Source: an uncultured bacterium
GTDB lineage: Bacteria > Cyanobacteriota > Vampirovibrionia > Gastranaerophilales > Gastranaerophilaceae
Direction: 5' to 3'
Assembly: GCA_946183815.1 (NCBI GenBank)
Contig: CAMHDG010000001.1
Location: 1-24,871 of the forward strand
Length of the DNA stretch: 24,871 nt
A program made the position numbers and the translations under genes. This document shows positions 23,237 through 24,871 of this stretch, piece after piece. The stretch's first letter is position 1. The number at the start of each line of letters is the position of its first letter. The notes under the pieces are model-generated. The model was not told the origin of the DNA, did no database searches, and saw nothing but the letters and a program-made list of their open reading frames with translations.

Positions 23237-23733
23237 TATTGCCCCCTTTCTTCGCTTAAAAGGGTGTCAAGAATAATGCTGATTGCATCTGATGTCATTT
23301 GAGGATGAACTTTGTCATTAATCATAACAACAGGAGCAAGCCCGCAAGCACCCAAACAACTAACGGTTTCAAGTGAGAATAAGCCATCATCACTGGTTAG
23401 TTTGCCTTCTTTTAAATCTAACTTGTTTCTAATTGCGTTCAATACAGGCATAGAACCACGAACGTGGCATGCTGTACCGTCACAGACTTTGATTTCATAT
23501 TTGCCTTTAGGCTCTAATGAAAACTGTGCATAGAATGTTGCAACGCCGTAAACGGTAGCAGGTGATAATTCATCAACCTTTTCACCGATATAGGTCATAG
23601 CATCTTCAGGAAGATATTTATAAATTTCCTGAACAGCCTGCAACATAGCGATTAAATACGATTTTTTGTACTCATACTTCTCGAGAATTTTGTCGATTGC
23701 TCGGAAGTCGATTGCCGTGTTACTTCCACTCAT
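23236..23733 (-). CDS. hydC: NuoE-like 2Fe-2S hydrogenase gamma subunit (HydC/HndA-like)
   Basis: VYGVATFYAQF, VCDGTACHVRG, VSCLGACGLAPV; AGGAG RBS; TAATG overlap with hydB. Confidence 0.96.
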   Translation of the reverse strand: MSGSNTAIDFRAIDKILEKYEYKKSYLIAMLQAVQEIYKYLPEDAMTYIGEKVDELSPATVYGVATFYAQFSLEPKGKYEIKVCDGTACHVRGSMPVLNAIRNKLDLKEGKLTSDDGLFSLETVSCLGACGLAPVVMINDKVHPQMTSDAISIILDTLLSEERGQ

Positions 23734-23777
23734 TTAATTTTCTCCTAATACCAATTATTGCCATTAAATACATTATT

Positions 23778-23806
23778 AATATAACATAGACAATTTTTTG
23801 TGACAA
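23778..23806 (-). promoter_or_regulatory. Promoter of the hydCBA operon
   Basis: Minus strand TTGTCA (23806-01), 17 nt, TATATT (23783-78) with an extended TG. Confidence 0.65.
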
Positions 23807-24156
23807 GAATAACGATTAAATCGGACATTTTCGCACGATTAAATATTTTGCGAATTAGAAAACAACACAAAGATGACTTTAAAACTTTTTATATGATGTA
23901 TTTTACATTTTTTCCAACAAATATTCACACAAATCCAACTCTTTTTCCAACGAAAACATTTCCAGTGATAAATGATTACTTTTTGACATATCCACCAAGT
24001 TAAGCCACCACAACCCCTACCCAAGCAGGAAGATAAAAACTTGGGGTAATCTGGCATGGAGTTGGACAGTTTTTACAAATTTAGCAAAAATTTAACAAAA
24101 TCGCTCAAAAAATATGGTATAATAAGAAAATGTGGAAATTATATAAGGAGTATACA

Positions 24157-24720
24157 ATGAATCGACAAACCAACTATCAAGTAGAATATGAAATAGAAAT
24201 GAATAGAATTAGAAAAGAAAATGAATTTATTGAAATGAAAAAATATATGAACGAACTTTCAAAAAGACAAAGTGATTTTAATATTCAATGTGCACAGATT
24301 AATCTGCAATTACAGAATTGTCAAAATAATATATTTATGAATCAGCCAGTACATTCTTTTATTCACCAATTCCCAATTCAACAACCTGTTCAAAATAATT
24401 ATACTTCTTTTTATCAACAACCCGAAGCAAAACATAAATTTAAAAACCAACAACAAATTCAACATAATAAAAATGAGTGTCTAAAAATGATGTATAACCA
24501 TGCAAAACAAACGATTGAAAACTTAATAACAAAACCTTTTCTCTCATATGACGAACAGAAAATACTTGATGACTATAAAGATTTTGTGGATATGATTGAT
24601 TCTAGGGAAACACTCCAAGACTATTCAAAGCCTTTTATAGTTAAACTTGATTCTATTTATAAACTTGCAAAAATTATGAATAAACATTGTCTTACATTAA
24701 AATATCAATACATATATTGA
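24157..24720 (+). CDS. Hypothetical Gln/Asn-rich protein (187 aa; alternative leaderless start at 24130)
   Basis: AAGGAG 6 nt before ATG 24157; TG-G-TATAAT at 24115-23; no recognisable domain; visibly more AT-rich than neighbours. Confidence 0.7.
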   Translation: MNRQTNYQVEYEIEMNRIRKENEFIEMKKYMNELSKRQSDFNIQCAQINLQLQNCQNNIFMNQPVHSFIHQFPIQQPVQNNYTSFYQQPEAKHKFKNQQQIQHNKNECLKMMYNHAKQTIENLITKPFLSYDEQKILDDYKDFVDMIDSRETLQDYSKPFIVKLDSIYKLAKIMNKHCLTLKYQYIY

Positions 24721-24764
24721 AAAACAGTATTTATTATTTATAATTGTTGCAAAAGGGGAATTTT

Positions 24765-24871
24765 ATGAGTTTTGAAAATGAAGCAAATTATTTAATAGAT
24801 ACCGTTGAAGTAACCAATTTATGGGGGCATTATAACATTACTAGTAAATTTGAAAAAGATGTAAATATTTT
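24765..24871 (+). CDS. 5' fragment of a probable ABC/AAA-family ATPase (AAA_15/AAA_21-like), running off the window
   Basis: Not in the ORF track. AGGGG RBS, then MSFENEANYLIDTVEVTNLWGHYNITSKFEKDVNI, which fits the I..I.I.NL.G....I.F..DVNI start that normally precedes a Walker A motif. The Walker A itself is outside the window. Confidence 0.6.
   Translation, partial: MSFENEANYLIDTVEVTNLWGHYNITSKFEKDVNI

Noticed and set aside
21383-23733. Respiratory complex I nuoE/nuoF
   Set aside because: Co-operonic with an H-cluster hydrogenase, carries extra Fe-S domains typical of HydB, and no other nuo genes are present.
364-24057. Numerous 60-120 aa antisense or alternate-frame ORFs within long genes (e.g. 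364-651, 8309-8596, 14435-14770, 16702-16989, 22002-22358)
   Set aside because: Shadow ORFs of well-supported genes, with no RBS or recognisable motifs.
23934-24871. Retron msr-msd plus PtuA-type effector
   Set aside because: No reverse transcriptase in the window, and the predicted promoter lies downstream of the inverted-repeat segment.

Overview
AT-rich (roughly one-third GC by eye) chromosomal window from an anaerobic bacterium. The most likely source is Gastranaerophilales/Vampirovibrionia ('Melainabacteria'). This is an inference from a cyanobacterial-type HU (PVFSAGK), a trimeric [FeFe]-hydrogenase, DUF4127, GH38 and lineage-style orphan proteins. Recognisable genes: proS, HU, tRNA-Gly(GCC), a Gdx/SugE exporter under a guanidine-I riboswitch, a GH38 alpha-mannosidase, an orphan sugar-binding lipoprotein, DUF4127-mntP, a divergent HAD/XRE pair around a perfect palindrome, comM/yifB, a WecB/TagA glycosyltransferase, the N-terminal half of a split transketolase, a hydCBA electron-bifurcating-type hydrogenase operon, and the first 35 codons of a probable ABC/AAA ATPase at the right edge. 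The least explained parts are: (i) 3.5-6.0 kb, with an orphan terminator (possible sRNA), a 103-bp palindromic tandem repeat and a 645-aa protein combining a Cys-His-Asn transglutaminase-like core with a beta-barrel-like C-terminus but no signal peptide; (ii) a 707-aa AMIN-like/TolA-like/TM/acidic protein ending in two tandem FliO-like modules; (iii) a small EF-hand protein ending in an ssrA-like LAA; (iv) several genes whose ATG lies 6-7 nt after a -10 box, suggesting leaderless mRNAs. All domain calls are by motif recognition; no searches were run.
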